A stretch of DNA of 64,000 bases, taken from NCBI GenBank assembly GCA_964016885.1, contig OZ024741.1:164424001-164488000 (forward strand), read 5' to 3'. This DNA is from Eledone cirrhosa (Eukaryota). The notes under the pieces are model-generated. The model saw nothing but the letters and a program-made list of their open reading frames with translations. It was not told the origin of the DNA and made no database searches. Both the position numbers and the translations under genes were made by a program. How positions within the stretch are numbered: position 1 is the stretch's first letter; each line of letters begins with the position of its first letter. Shown here piece by piece: positions 51,090 through 63,626 of this stretch.

Positions 51090-51704
51090 ATGCATATGTA
51101 CAGATACACATAGAAAGCAGACATATGATGATGATGATGATATATATGTATGTATACACAATAGTTTATTCTGTTAGGTTCATAATCAGGCTCTAAACTA
51201 TCTTTGATTATGTAACAGTATGGTCTGACTCCTTAGGTCACTGTCTTTTCGTAATGTCATGTAATCAAGGGCAGTTTTGCACTTGATTACCGGTGAGATG
51301 TCATCATCCTGATTGTTTAACATCTATCTTCCACGCTAGCATGAGTTAAATGGAGTGTGTAATAGAATACACATATGTTAAACTGATCTCTCTTTTCTGG
51401 TTTTCATACTCTGCGGTCGTACTTGATATCAGATAGCAGTTATCTCCTGTTACTACATTATTGAAAAATGAGTAATTGTCCCCTAGGGCTGACACTACTT
51501 CACTTTGAAAGTAAACTTGCATTAACTGCAATCTAATAAACTGACATATGTGTGAGTGTGTTGTGTGTGTGTGTGTTGTGTGTTGTGTGTGTGTGTATGC
51601 ATTCTATCTAATTATTTCTGTGAGCTTTGTATATATATATTTATACTTGCCTCCATTTTCTCGTCTGGAATACTTGTCTATATTTTCTTTCTTCGAATAC
51701 TTGC

Positions 51705-51852
51705 CTGCACTTTCCTGTTTGGCTCTTTCAGAAGCTGCTGATGCCACACGACATTCTTGCAACTCTGGAGATGGTATAAGACCAGCTGGCTCAGTGGATG
51801 GAGAATTCCACTTTCGTGCCTGCCACCAGTGCGGGTCATCTTTGTTGATTAC
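51705..51852 (-). CDS. CASK: CASK exon, C-terminal half of SH3 and start of HOOK; ends at a GC donor
   Basis: The 148-nt exon has a tttcAG acceptor and reads [49 protein letters not shown] plus one G. The donor CAG|GCAAGT is phase 1 and joins the next exon in frame. Confidence 0.92.
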
Positions 51853-52968
51853 CTGAAACATATCAAAATAATTTCTCAAATTAACTGCAATCATAACTAA
51901 GTAATATTTTTTTAAATACTGTTTAACTCTTAACTATTAAAATCCTGTATAACATGAAACAATATTAACAAGACATTTTTGAAAAGTACAAAATAACAAT
52001 ATGACTGTATCCTATTAAAAATTAATGATTTGTTTACTAGTAAAGATATTATAGATATTTCAATTAAGAAGCCCATTTTTAGATATTTTCTGCTAAACTA
52101 TTATTAGGATGTTAATAGTTAAAATCCTGTAACACATGAAACTACATAAACAAAACATTAACATAAATTGCAAAACAACATTAAGGCTACATCACATTAA
52201 AGACTTTACTCTAATATTTTCACAAAGATGTGTGCACTAGTAACTACACTATAAACATTTGAATTAACAAATTTTTTTTTAGATATTCTCTACTAAATCA
52301 TTATAGGAACTTAAGATTTAACGAGGCAGTGGAAGGGTAGTACCCATGACTCTTTTCAGAGCCTATAAGACAGGTAGAAAGAGAGAGGAAGGTATCTCCA
52401 AACTGGAGACTTGGCTCAAATGCTTGCCACAGATATTGGTGTTAACTGTGCAACTGTGAGATTTGAATTCAGAATGCAACCATTCAGAACAAATACTGCA
52501 AAACATCTTATCTTATGCTCTAAGAATTCTGCCAATCCACAGCTTTACACTGGTACTTTATTCTAATGATCCTGAAAGGATGGAAAGGCCAAAGCTGACC
52601 GTTGAAGGATTTGAACCCAGACTGAAGAGCATTGGAGCAAATATCACAAAGCTTTTTGACCAATGCTCTAACCACTCAGCTAAAATGGAATATGTATTTA
52701 TACCAATTATAAATTATATTTTGTGTGCTCTATAGATGTAGAAGTAAACTTTCAGTGAATGAAAGTTTGAACAAGGGACTTCAAGAATCAAAATTTCATT
52801 TAAGACATCTATTTTAAACATTTATTAACGACATTGTCAACACCACATAATTACACTTTACTCAAGTCAACTCAGCTGGAAAAATCATATAAGAAAGTCA
52901 TCACCATCATCATTTTATGTCTGCTTCCCATACTGGGTTGTCACAGTCTGAGCATAGATTGGTTAGAG

Positions 52969-53143
52969 CAGTGGTTCCCAAAGTGGATTCTGCAGAACCC
53001 AAGGGTTCTGCAAAGGAGTGTTTGGGGTTCCATGGAAAAAGGTAGAGGAGTATATTTATATTACAACCATATAATATTATTAGAATTTGGGGTTCCTCCA
53101 AAAGTTTCCAAACCAAAAAGAGTTTCAGGTTTGAAATATTTTG
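52969..53143. mobile_element. hAT MITE, degenerate right end
   Basis: It starts CAGTGGTTCCCAAA, with an 8-bp TSD GGTTAGAG at 52961-52968 and 53144-53151. Confidence 0.75.
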
Positions 53144-53334
53144 GGTTAGAGCAACCAATCTTACTCATTTTGTACCATATTTAGCATGGTTTCTAATGTT
53201 TGGATGTTATTCCTAATGCCAACTACCTTAGAATGTACTGGGTCCATTTTTTGTGACACTAGCACTACAATTCTACAAAGGGGATTGGGTCCAGATAGAA
53301 AGGGAAAATAGAAAATAATATTTTTTATTTTTAC

Positions 53335-53433
53335 CTGCAATACATCTCCGATTTTAAATGGAATTCCAGCTTGAGGACAAGGATTTAGATCATCGGATGT
53401 TGGATCATAATCAAACAGAGCCCGAACAAATAT
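53335..53433 (-). CDS. CASK: CASK/LIN-2 MAGUK internal exon, N-terminal half of SH3 domain
   Basis: The 99-nt exon has an AG acceptor (53434-53435) and a GT donor (53333-53334), phase 0/0. It reads [33 protein letters not shown], matching the CASK SH3 start (human, from memory, [33 protein letters not shown]). Confidence 0.95.
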
Positions 53434-53496
53434 CTATGGAAAGAAGAATTAGAAAATAAAATTACAAAACATAATGATGATGATGATCATGAGGAT

Positions 53497-54850
53497 AATG
53501 GTTTCTAATTTAGGCACAAGGCCACCAACTTGAGGGGTGGGAAAAGTCAACTAAATTGACCCCAGTGTGTTACTGGTACTTAATTTTATCAAACCCATAA
53601 GGATGAAAGGCAAAGCTAACCTTGGCAGGATTTAAGTTAATGAAAATAATGGTTTCTGATTTAGGCACAAGGCCAGAAATGTGGGGGCAGGGGAAAGTCG
53701 ATAAAATCAATTCCTGTGCATTACTGGTACTTTTAATTATAAACCTCACCGTGAAAAGTGAACAAATGTAAACATATTTTGTCATTCTGCTGGTAAACAG
53801 AAAACATGTTTGACTGTAAATAAAGGGAATAACAAATTGTGTTTCCATTTGTTTATTTTTTCACAGTAGTTATATTTACATTAAATTTATCTTAGGTATT
53901 GTTTCCTTCCATATACAAAAGAAAATATCTATATTTAGTAGATAATTCTTGAGAAACTTCATGGAAACAAAGAAAGTGGTATGTTTATGAAAAGATTATG
54001 TAATATTGTCTCAATTGAATATGGATGACTGCAGTTAAGTAGAAGAATTTTAGTTTATATTTTGAGCAATTATCATATTCCACCATCACTTCAGAAAAAT
54101 AAAAAATTCTCATTTTCTTCCAAACCTAAATAATAATTTTGACACATGCCCAGCAATTTTAGGCCGATGGGAGAGTCGATTATATTGACCCCAGTACTTG
54201 ATTGGTACTTCATTTCCTCAATCTCAGCTAAAATTGGTCTCATAAAGTAGCAAACCCTAACTAACAATTTATAATCTTGGTACAAGGCCAGCTATTTTGA
54301 GAGGTAAGGGAAAGTCAATTATATCAACCCCAGTACTTGACTGGTACCATTTTATTGACCTCAGAAGAATGAAAACAAAATTAACATTCAGGACACTTCC
54401 AGCTCTAAATAATTGTTTTTGCTTTTGGCACAAGGCCAGCAATTTGAAGGAAAACGGGGAAAATCGACTAAATGGACCATTGTGTATTACTGGTGGTTTA
54501 TTTTATCAACACCGTAAGGATGAAAGGTAAAGCTAACCATGATATAATTTGATCCCAGAAGTTAAAGGCCATAACTCTATGCTGTAAATCATGTTGTCTG
54601 ATGCTCTACCGATATGGCCAATCTACCACTCTAAATAATTATTTCTACTATAGGCACAAGGTCAGCAATTTGAAGGGGAGGGGAAAGTTGATTAAATCGA
54701 CCCCAGTGTATTACTGGTGCTTTATTTTATTGACCATGTAAGGATAAAAGGCAAAGCTAACCTCAGCGGGATTTAAACTCAGAACATAATGGCCGTAACT
54801 CTATGCTGCAAAGCATGTTGCCCGGCGCTCTATCGATACTGCCAATCTAG
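53497..54850 (-). mobile_element. Cluster of about six full or partial SINE family A copies
   Basis: GGCACAAGGCC...ACTGGTACTT...GGATGAAAGGCAAAG motifs recur at about 53510, 53660, 54140, 54280, 54425 and 54650. Confidence 0.8.
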
Positions 54851-56806
54851 CACTCTAAATAAAAATAGGTTATATGCTTCTTGGAGAAAGCTATTAGACA
54901 CTATGAACATATTTATAGTGTCAACAGAGATTTACTCAGTGTATCCCATTCCAAAGATATTATATCTAAGAATGGCTATGTAGTTAGTATATTTTTAATG
55001 TGTGAATTCTTGAGCAAGTTGAGATAAGTTTGACTACTAAAAGTAATAAGAAAAGTTAATTTACAGTAACCATACACTTTATTGAATATTTAACTTTGTT
55101 GAATATTTAACCCTTTTGATAAACTGCCTATTTTAAAGTGTTCATATTTATATTAAAAGCATTTTTTAAAAGAATTTTTGTTAAATGATGTTTCAAATAA
55201 CAGCTTACTACTAGAAATGTTTGTTATTTAATTAAATTTCTGAATTTTTTCTATCATTTTCAAAATTATTTGAAAATGTAGGCAGTGTATTTCATTAGAA
55301 GTACAGTAACAAAAAGGTTGAAGAAAGGTTATTTAAAAACTTTTAGTTGTATTTGTTTGAGAAATTACAATTTATCTATTTATTTTATTAGGGCTTAGTC
55401 AGGGAGGGAAGAACAGTGCTAATGAGAGTTTTCAAGACTTTCTAAACTAGTTGAAAAGCGAAGATTGTACCCAAAGGCCTGGTTTGAATGCTTGAAATAG
55501 AATGGACTCTGCTAAAGGCACATAAGGGTTAGGTAGTGATGACGGTGTTAAATTGAGCAACAGACTAAGTCTATCACCTAACTAGTTGTGTTAAAAACTC
55601 AAGTGGTTAGTGTGGAGAAGCCATCTTAGCCATACAAAAATATGAAAAAAACTATTATATTCACTTTTCATTTATTTCAATATTTTCTTCACACATCTGT
55701 GACCTTGTCACTGACACAAGTCCACCTAGATGAAATTGGGTCAGTGACCTGTGTGATGAAAATATTGACATCTCTCTTTCTCACACGAATGCACAAGCAC
55801 ATGCATACACACACACAATAATATTAAACATAAAATCTAAATCAAAGTAAAAATGGCAGAAATAAAACAAAAATAAGAAGAAAACATTATTTTTAAAGCA
55901 TTCTAGAAACACACACACATACGCATATCAGTATGGAAAGATATATACATAAAGATGATGAGGGTTATACATTATACAGAATGTTGTAACTATCTGAAAT
56001 TCTATAAGCAATTACTTATGGATTGCTTTGTTTGTCATTTTGAAGCCAGGTTAAAGTAAGGTTAATTGAATAGACAACAAGTTATGTAAATGGCTGAAGA
56101 CTGAGATAATTGTGTAACTTGAGCCTTTGTCTACCTGCTCCCTTCATTGTGAGGCATTCATATCACAATTATTGGCCTGGATTGGCTACTGAACTATTGA
56201 AATTGGTAGCTTAGATGGACATTATGATAACATATGATTGCTATATGAAACATATATCCATATGTTTAACTTTTAACATCCTGTAATAATTTTCAGAATA
56301 CATCTCAAAATGCATTTGTTAATTCAAATGTTTGTCTTTACTAGTAGAGATTGTAAACAGATTATTGTGAAAATTTGCAGTAAATTAAAGTAAAGACAAT
56401 TTTTAATATGTTGCAGTCATAATGCTGTCATGTATTTTTAATATTTGTTTCTACTTTTGGCACAAGGCCAGCAATTATCCCTGTACATTACTGGTACTTT
56501 ATTTTATCGACCCCGTAAGGATGAAAGGCAAATGTCTTGCTAATGTTGATTCATATACTAAAAGACCTTAATAGTTAAGTGATAGCATGTACTAGATATA
56601 TATCATATACATATGAAAATGTGTAGTAGGTAAAAGTAATGTAGTGAAGTACACACTGAATACACACAATACACACAATACACACAGACAAAGGTTGCAT
56701 GTGTGTGTGACATCACAGCATTTGACAAAATAGTCAAGCACTGTCCTGGGAGTATTATGACAAAAACAAAACAACCTACAAATATAGGAATTAGATATAT
56801 GTCATT

Positions 56807-57042
56807 TAACCCTTTAGTATTTACATTACTTTATGTTTACAATTTTCACAGTAAAACCTTTAGAGTGTATTGCCAGATATACTATACATACATTGATGTA
56901 TACATCGCTATTTCAGAGCACCAATCCTAATCTTTATCATAATAATTATCTCACATAATATTGAATCTATGAGATTTTGATGTCATTTATTTTGAGAACA
57001 ATACCTTAATGTAGGTATGATCGGCCAGTTACAGACAGTTTG
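56807..57042 (+). mobile_element. piggyBac-type MITE, interrupted or truncated copy
   Basis: It starts TTAACCCTTTAGTATTTACATTAC and shares the family's internal sequence. Confidence 0.65.
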
Positions 57043-57374
57043 GGAGACACCAAAAGAAAGAATGAAAAATTAGATAGATTGAAGGGATAAAGGAAATAAA
57101 TATAGAAATGGCTTCTACAAAATTAGAACCGTTTCATTCATATGAAATCATCAAGAATGCCCTGATGATTTTATACTAATGAAACAATTCTAGTCCTGTA
57201 GAAGTTATTTCCATATTAAATTCTGTTGATCTCACTCTACTAATATAGTGAGTACCTTATTTCCTGTGGTTACTCCCAATTTCACTTGGGATCTACATAT
57301 ATATGTATATGTATATATATATATAAAATTGTATACATACATACATACTTACATTTTTATATATATATATATAT

Positions 57375-58632
57375 ATATAATGTGGAAAGTGATATATCTA
57401 ATAAGACTAAACAATGCAAGATAGACGGTAAGGTAAAGATAATGAAAAAGTTAGTTACCTGTAATCTTTTTTTTTTCTTGTTTCTTTCATCCTAATATTT
57501 TGGGACTTAAAATTCCCTCTGTCAGAGGAAAAAAAAATTTCCAGTCTCTTCTCTTTGAAATTAAATTTAAATTAAAAATTTATAAACCACTTTCAAATAT
57601 TGTTTAATGTTTACTTTACTATCCACAAGAAGCAGGATAATGACATCAATTATCATATGTAATATTTCATAGAATCAAATTTCTTGTGTAAATTGTTGTG
57701 TTTAGGTTGCATTTGTGTGTGCATGTGGGTGTATCTTTTTATGTCAAGTATTGTGTGCTGAGTTCCATACTATTTTTGATTTGTGGGTTAAGTCAACGAG
57801 CAGTACTTCCTTTATTCTTAAATTACCCACATTTCTCTCTCTGACTGTTATACTTTTGTTGGTGTTTCTGCATTTGTCAATGTGTTTTTTGAATGAAGAT
57901 GTGTTGAGGTGTTCTTTAATGTGAATGTGGTGTGCTGGAGTGGTGCTATCAATGTAGAAATCCTTACATTTGTTACATACAATTCAGTATACCATGTGTA
58001 CACAGGCACATACCTGTGTCACGGATAGGGCAGTTAGTCAGTGTGCATTGGTTGTTGTTGTCTCTGGATTGCTTTTTAGATAGGTATCCACGCAGTGAAG
58101 GGCTGAGGGAGTTAATTGTCAAAAAAACACATTGTCAAATGCAGAAACACCAACAAAAGTATAACAGTCAATATTGAAGCCAGAGAGAGAAATGTGGGCA
58201 ATTTAAGAATAAAGGAAGCCTTGTTTATACATAGACTCAACCCACAAATCAATAACAGAATGGAACTTGGCACACAATACTTGACATAAAATGACACACC
58301 CACATGCACACACAATTTATACAATAAATTTGATTCCATGAAATATTACATATGGTAATTGATGTCATCCTCCTACTTCTTGTGGATACTAAAGCAAACA
58401 ACGCTTGAAAGTGGTTTATAAATTTTAAATTTAAATCTAATTTCAAAGAGAAGAGACTGGAACATTTATTTATCTGAGAGTTCCTTATACTTTGATGAAG
58501 GGACTTTTAAGCCCCGAAATATTAGGATGAAAGAAACAAGAAAAAAAAAGAAGATTACCAGGTAAGTAACTTTTTCGTTCCATTCATCTTACTGTCCATT
58601 TTGCATTGTACATATATCACTTTCCACATTAT
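57375..58632. mobile_element. Penelope-like retroelement remnant in inverted (fold-back) arrangement with GIY-YIG endonuclease fragment
   Basis: Imperfect inverted arms of about 500 bp lie between (TA)n tracts. The minus strand near 57870-58050 reads CTLTNCPIRDTGMC../VY*IVCNKCKDFYIDSTT..HIKEHL. The plus strand near 58120-58270 reads ..LRIKEALFIHRLNPQINNRMEL. A degenerate hammerhead core (TTGATGAAGGG..CCCCGAAA) lies near 58492-58519. Confidence 0.8.
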
Positions 58633-58666
58633 ATATTATATACAATGCTTCAAGTAAACAACATTT

Positions 58667-58807
<141 letters not shown>

Positions 58808-58997
58808 GGGCGGTGAATTGGCAGTATCGGTAGAGGGTTGGACGCCATGCTTTCCAGCATAGTTACGTCCCTTTACGGTCTGAGTTCAAATCCCGGCGAG
58901 GTTAACTTTGCCTTTCATCTTACGGGGGTCGATAAAATAAAGTACCAGTAATGTACTGGGTAATTGCTGGCCTTGTGCCAAAAAATAGAAACAATTA
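58808..58997 (+). mobile_element. SINE family A
   Basis: This full-length copy starts GGGCGGTGAATTGGCAGTATCGG. Confidence 0.9.
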
Positions 58998-59057
58998 TAT
59001 ATATATATATGTATACACACACACACACACACATATATATATACACATACACACATA

Positions 59058-59940
59058 CAGGGTGTCATAGGTAAATTGGGACCATTTAAACATCTTTATT
59101 TTAACTGGTATAACTTAGAAAAATAAAACACAGCAAATTTTATGTTTATACCAATTTATTGTGGAGTGTTTAGCACTTATTTCAGTGACCTCCATTTGCT
59201 TTCTTTACCAGTTCATTTCATTTACGGAATGTCTTAACTATTTCTTTCTTTTTCTTTTTATCAAATGCTTGCTTGATCAAAGCCTTCAGTTGTGAGAAGT
59301 TCCATTAGATATTGCTTCAACTGCGTCCCATAGCCAAAAATTACATGGATTCAAATCTGGCAAGCTAGAGGGCCAGATATCTTTAGGGACAAACATGGGC
59401 AATTCCTTCTTCAAAAATTCTTGCAATCTTTTCGAAGTATGGGTGGGTGCAGAGTCCTGTACAAACATGACTGAACTTGCATCATAATTGTTTCTACTAT
59501 TGGCACAAGGCCAGCAATTACCCAGTACATTACTGGTACTTTATTTTATCGACCCCGTAAGGATGAAAGGCAAAGTTAACCTTGGCAGGATTTGAACTCA
59601 GAATGGCAAGGGCCGTAACTCTATGCGTCAAAGCATGGCGTCCGATCCTCTGCCGATACTGCCAATCCACCGCCCTTGCATCATAATGCTTCCTAATCCA
59701 AGACAACAAAACTTCTAAAACTTTGAAATACTCTGTTGTGTTGACTTTAAGACACACTTCAATAAAATGCAGAGGCATCAATTTCCCATCACTTACAACA
59801 GCTCCAAAGATCTTAATGGAAGCCATATTGTTGCTATGCATAGCTGAAGGAAATTTTGAAGTTTTGACGGTTGCATCTTTGTCTAACACAAACTTCTTTT
59901 CATCCATGAAGATGTGGACATATGAATGGAGTTCCACTGA
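59058..59940 (-). mobile_element. Truncated DD37D (maT-type) Tc1/mariner transposon, interrupted by a SINE
   Basis: The terminus TA|CAGGGTGTC is at 59058. Transposase motifs are IFMDEKKF, FVQDSAPTH and WPSSLPDLNPCNF, with 37 residues between the second D and the third catalytic position, which is now N. Confidence 0.85.
59489..59674 (-). mobile_element. SINE family A with 13-bp target-site duplication
   Basis: CTTGCATCATAAT occurs at 59476-59488 and 59675-59687. Confidence 0.95.
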
Positions 59941-59945
59941 AGCAG

Positions 59946-60530
59946 ATGGAGAAGTTCAAGTATTTTGGGGCCATGTATATGAGTGATGGAAGGCAGGAGG
60001 CTGAATTAAGTGCAAGAATTGCAGGATCTGGTGCAGTAATGCACAAGCTTCAACATTAGATAATTAGAAGAAGTAATTAGATAATTAGTAGGTGTAAAAG
60101 CCAAACTTGTTATCTTCAATTTGGTATATTTGCCAACCATTACCCATGTTCATGAATCTTGGGTAATGATAGAAAGAATACAATTGTGAATACAAGCGGC
60201 TGAAATAGAGTTCCTCGAAAGGGTCTTTGAAGTAACATCTGTTAATTGCTTGGAGATCAGAGAGACACTACTGCTCTGGATTGAGAGATCACAGCTCCAG
60301 TACTATGGGCATGTGGCTAGAATGTCTTAGGAAAGAATTGCTGGACAGATTTTATGGGCAAAGAGCAGGAGACCCAGGGGTAGACCCTGAGCAAGATGAT
60401 TAGATAACATCAATGACCTCAGCTGGTCTTGTTTAGGGAAACAGTTACTTCTGACAGGACCTGCTGGAAGGAGTCTTTGAGTACTCTGTCCCCACGTCCC
60501 TCGTAGGAACAAGTGGGCGAAGAAGAAGAT
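59946..60530 (+). mobile_element. Degenerate RTE/Expander-like LINE 3' fragment
   Basis: It reads EKFKYFG..SDGRQEAELSARI, ..HESWVM..IQAAEIEFL and SQLQYYGHVARM..RPRGRP, with stops. Confidence 0.8.
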
Positions 60531-60972
60531 ATATTTGTATATGTAATGAATGACTGATAAGTTTCAAAAAGCCCATACATCGTTGTTTTCCGTTGGGTAG
60601 ATATTTTATGCATCTAAAAGGGAAAAGGGTTGTGATGGTCGAGGGGTTCTTGCACATGGCTATTCTAGCCATCCCACTACCGTGCACAGCACTAACATGA
60701 CTTGTGTTAGCCCTGTATATGCAATTTGTGGTAGTTATTTTTGTTGTACTGTTCATATTTGTTTTGAATCATTTCCATTTCATATATGAAAAGAAAGGTA
60801 TTAGCCCTGAAATATCATGTTGAAATATATTGGGTAAAACATTACTTTTTTTTTTTTTTTTGTCATCCTTTGTCCTTTATATATTTTTACAGCATTGACT
60901 CGCTTTTTGAAATGTGTCAGTCATTTATTATATATCTCACAATGTTTCATATTAATTATATATATGTTCGGA

Positions 60973-61002
<30 letters not shown>

Positions 61003-61003
<1 letters not shown>

Positions 61004-61780
61004 CGGAAAGTACAATAACGAGGGTAAGGACAGGATGGAAGAAGTTCAGGGAGCTACTGCCACTGCTAGCTGCAAAAGGCTTTTCCCTCAAAATGACAGG
61101 CAGACTGTATGATGCATGCATACGCATATCAATATTACATGGTAGTGAGACCTGGGCGCTGTCTGTGGAAGACTTGCGCAGATTAGAAAGAAATGAAGCC
61201 TGCATGCTCCGATGGATGTGTAATAGTAATATACGTGAACGGCAAAGTATAAATGAATTGAGAGAGAGACTGAGCATAAGAGGAATCAAATGCTGTGTGC
61301 AGGAGAGGCGGTTAGGTTGGTATGGACATGTGATGCGTATGAAGGATGACAGCTGCATAAAAAGGTGCAGAGCACTAGAAGTCGATGGAAATCGTGGATT
61401 GGGGAGACCCAAGAAGACCTGGGATGAGGTGATAAAAGCCGACCTTACCCAATTACACCTCTCAAAAGCGATGACACACAACCGTGACCTCTGGCGTCAT
61501 GCAGTAATACAGAAGATCCGACTCCCCATGGGTACAAGCCGAAGCTGAAGCATATAGACAATATGCCCCCACACCCTCCCACGGAAAAAAGCACCCAGCA
61601 CTCACTGTAAATGAGGTTGGTGTTAGGAAGGGCATCCAGCTGTAGAAATCAAGCCAGAATCAATTCCCGTATGAGCAAGGCATAGTCAGCCTACCGGCTA
61701 CTGCCCACAACAGGACAACCCGTCTAACCCATGCTAGCGTGGAAGAACGGACGTAAAACGGTGATGATGTTGATGATGAA
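61003..61780 (+). mobile_element. 5'-truncated RTE-clade LINE: uninterrupted ORF C-terminus, 3' UTR and (GAT)n tail
   Basis: The ORF runs to 61548 and reads ..RVRTGWKKFRELLPLL..GRLYDACIRISILHGSETW..RRLGWYGHVMR..GRPKKTW, typical post-RT RTE motifs. Confidence 0.92.
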
Positions 61781-61868
61781 GATATATATATATAATTAAT
61801 ATGAAGCATGGGAGATCATGCAATATTTTTGTCTAAAATATAAGTGTGTGTGTGTTTGTGTATATAAA

Positions 61869-62760
61869 TCTGTATATATATATAAAATTAAGTATGTGTG
61901 TCTCTGTGTGTCTGTGTATTACCTTTAGGGGCCTACATCTTACGACTGATTTTCATGAAACTTTACAGGTTCATAGATTAGTCATCGGGGAGTTTTTTCT
62001 ATATATCAGCGTATCAGTCTTTTTATTCCGGGGTCATTCTGCAGATAAAATTCATTGGGGGGGGGGTCTCCTTTTTTTAGGTATCGAAAAATAAGATATT
62101 TTGCTCTAGCTCCCACATTTTAAAGCAAAATAGAATTTATCATTACACATGCTGTAATGGCTTTATATTTTGCATTTGTTGTACAGGGACGGCATGGCAG
62201 CCGCTTAAATATTCAAAAATATCACTTTTAGACTCAAATTTCCACTTTTTCGGCTCTAGCTCCCACATTAATCAACCTACTTTCTTCAAATTTTACACTA
62301 CGCTAGATCTGATTATTTCACGTCTTAAAGTGGCTTTACATTTTGGATATTTTGTTCAGGAACGGCGTGGCAGCTGCTTGAATATTCGAAAATACCACCT
62401 TTTCGGCTCTAGCTCCCACATTTTTCAACCGATTTCGTTCAAATTCGAAAGTTCGGCTCCACCTCACACATATATCAATTTATTTCGTTGAACTTTTATA
62501 CTACGATAGAACCTTTCATTGCACATCTTATAGTAGCTTTACACTTTGCATTTTTTGTTCAGGGACGACGTGGCAGCCGTTTAACTCTTCAAACTACGAT
62601 TTTTTCCACCTCCCACATATTCCATACGATTTCACTCAGCATTTCGCCATTTGCTACACCTTACTATCGATTTTGAAGAAACTCACAGTCGCTAAGATCA
62701 CCTTTTCATCAAAGCAGATATTATGTTACCTACCCAGGCAACGCTGGGTACTGCTGCTAG
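61869..62760 (+). mobile_element. Non-autonomous Helitron
   Basis: It is inserted A|TC...CTAG|T, with a subterminal hairpin TACCCAGGCAACGCTGGGTA about 10 nt before the end. The 5' end is TC(TA)n AAAA followed by a GTGTCT microsatellite. Internal subrepeats include GCTCTAGCTCCCACAT three times. Confidence 0.85.
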
Positions 62761-62949
62761 TATATATATAAAAGCAGAGGGGTATGTAGTCTTGACAACT
62801 GCTTATGAGCAAGAAACGGTGACCGTCACTAGATTTACAAAACCAAATTGTAAAATTATAATATAAACTTAAATTAAATTGTTTAATGAAGTCATTCTTT
62901 TCCTTTTTTTAAAATATACCTAACTGTACCAAGGATTCCACACATTTTT

Positions 62950-62989
<40 letters not shown>

Positions 62990-63626
62990 AAATGGGGAGA
63001 AGAATACTGCATGGTTGCACATGGATAACATGTTATAAAATGAGTCCCTCATCAGTGATTTACCAACGATCATAGATATTTCATTGCATTAAAAATCATA
63101 TACCTCACGTTGGTGCAATAATAACTAAATTAAGTTATTAGGACAATTAAAACGCGTAAAGCGAGTGAGACAAGTAAACAACAATATATATATATAAATT
63201 AATAAAAACAATGAAATAAAAACAAAGAGCAAGTTCCTTATATTAAAAAATTATCATTTTACGATCGTTTCTGGGATGTATATGTGTGTTGGTATGTACA
63301 TCATATAGATCTATGTAAAAATATACATACCTATATATATATATATAAAATGTTCTCCCTAGCCCAGAGGCTCATCAGGCTGGAGTTTATCCCAGTTGTA
63401 TTGGTGTTAAGTGACTCAGAATACAAGAGTATCTCCTGACTAGAACACCATTCCATTGTAGAGATATCCCACTCTGTTACTAGAACATATATTTTCCAGC
63501 TGAGAGGGCTGGAGCACCATGGACAGGAGCATCTTTCTCAACGACACAATATGTATCTCAATCAGGAAATCAATCTTACAATCATGAACCCAACATCTTA
63601 GCTGCTAGACCCCTTCACAGTATATA

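Noticed and set aside
60895-61548. 217-aa ORF as a host gene
   Set aside because: It is a 5'-truncated RTE LINE C-terminus, and the apparent N-terminus runs through a (TA)n tract.
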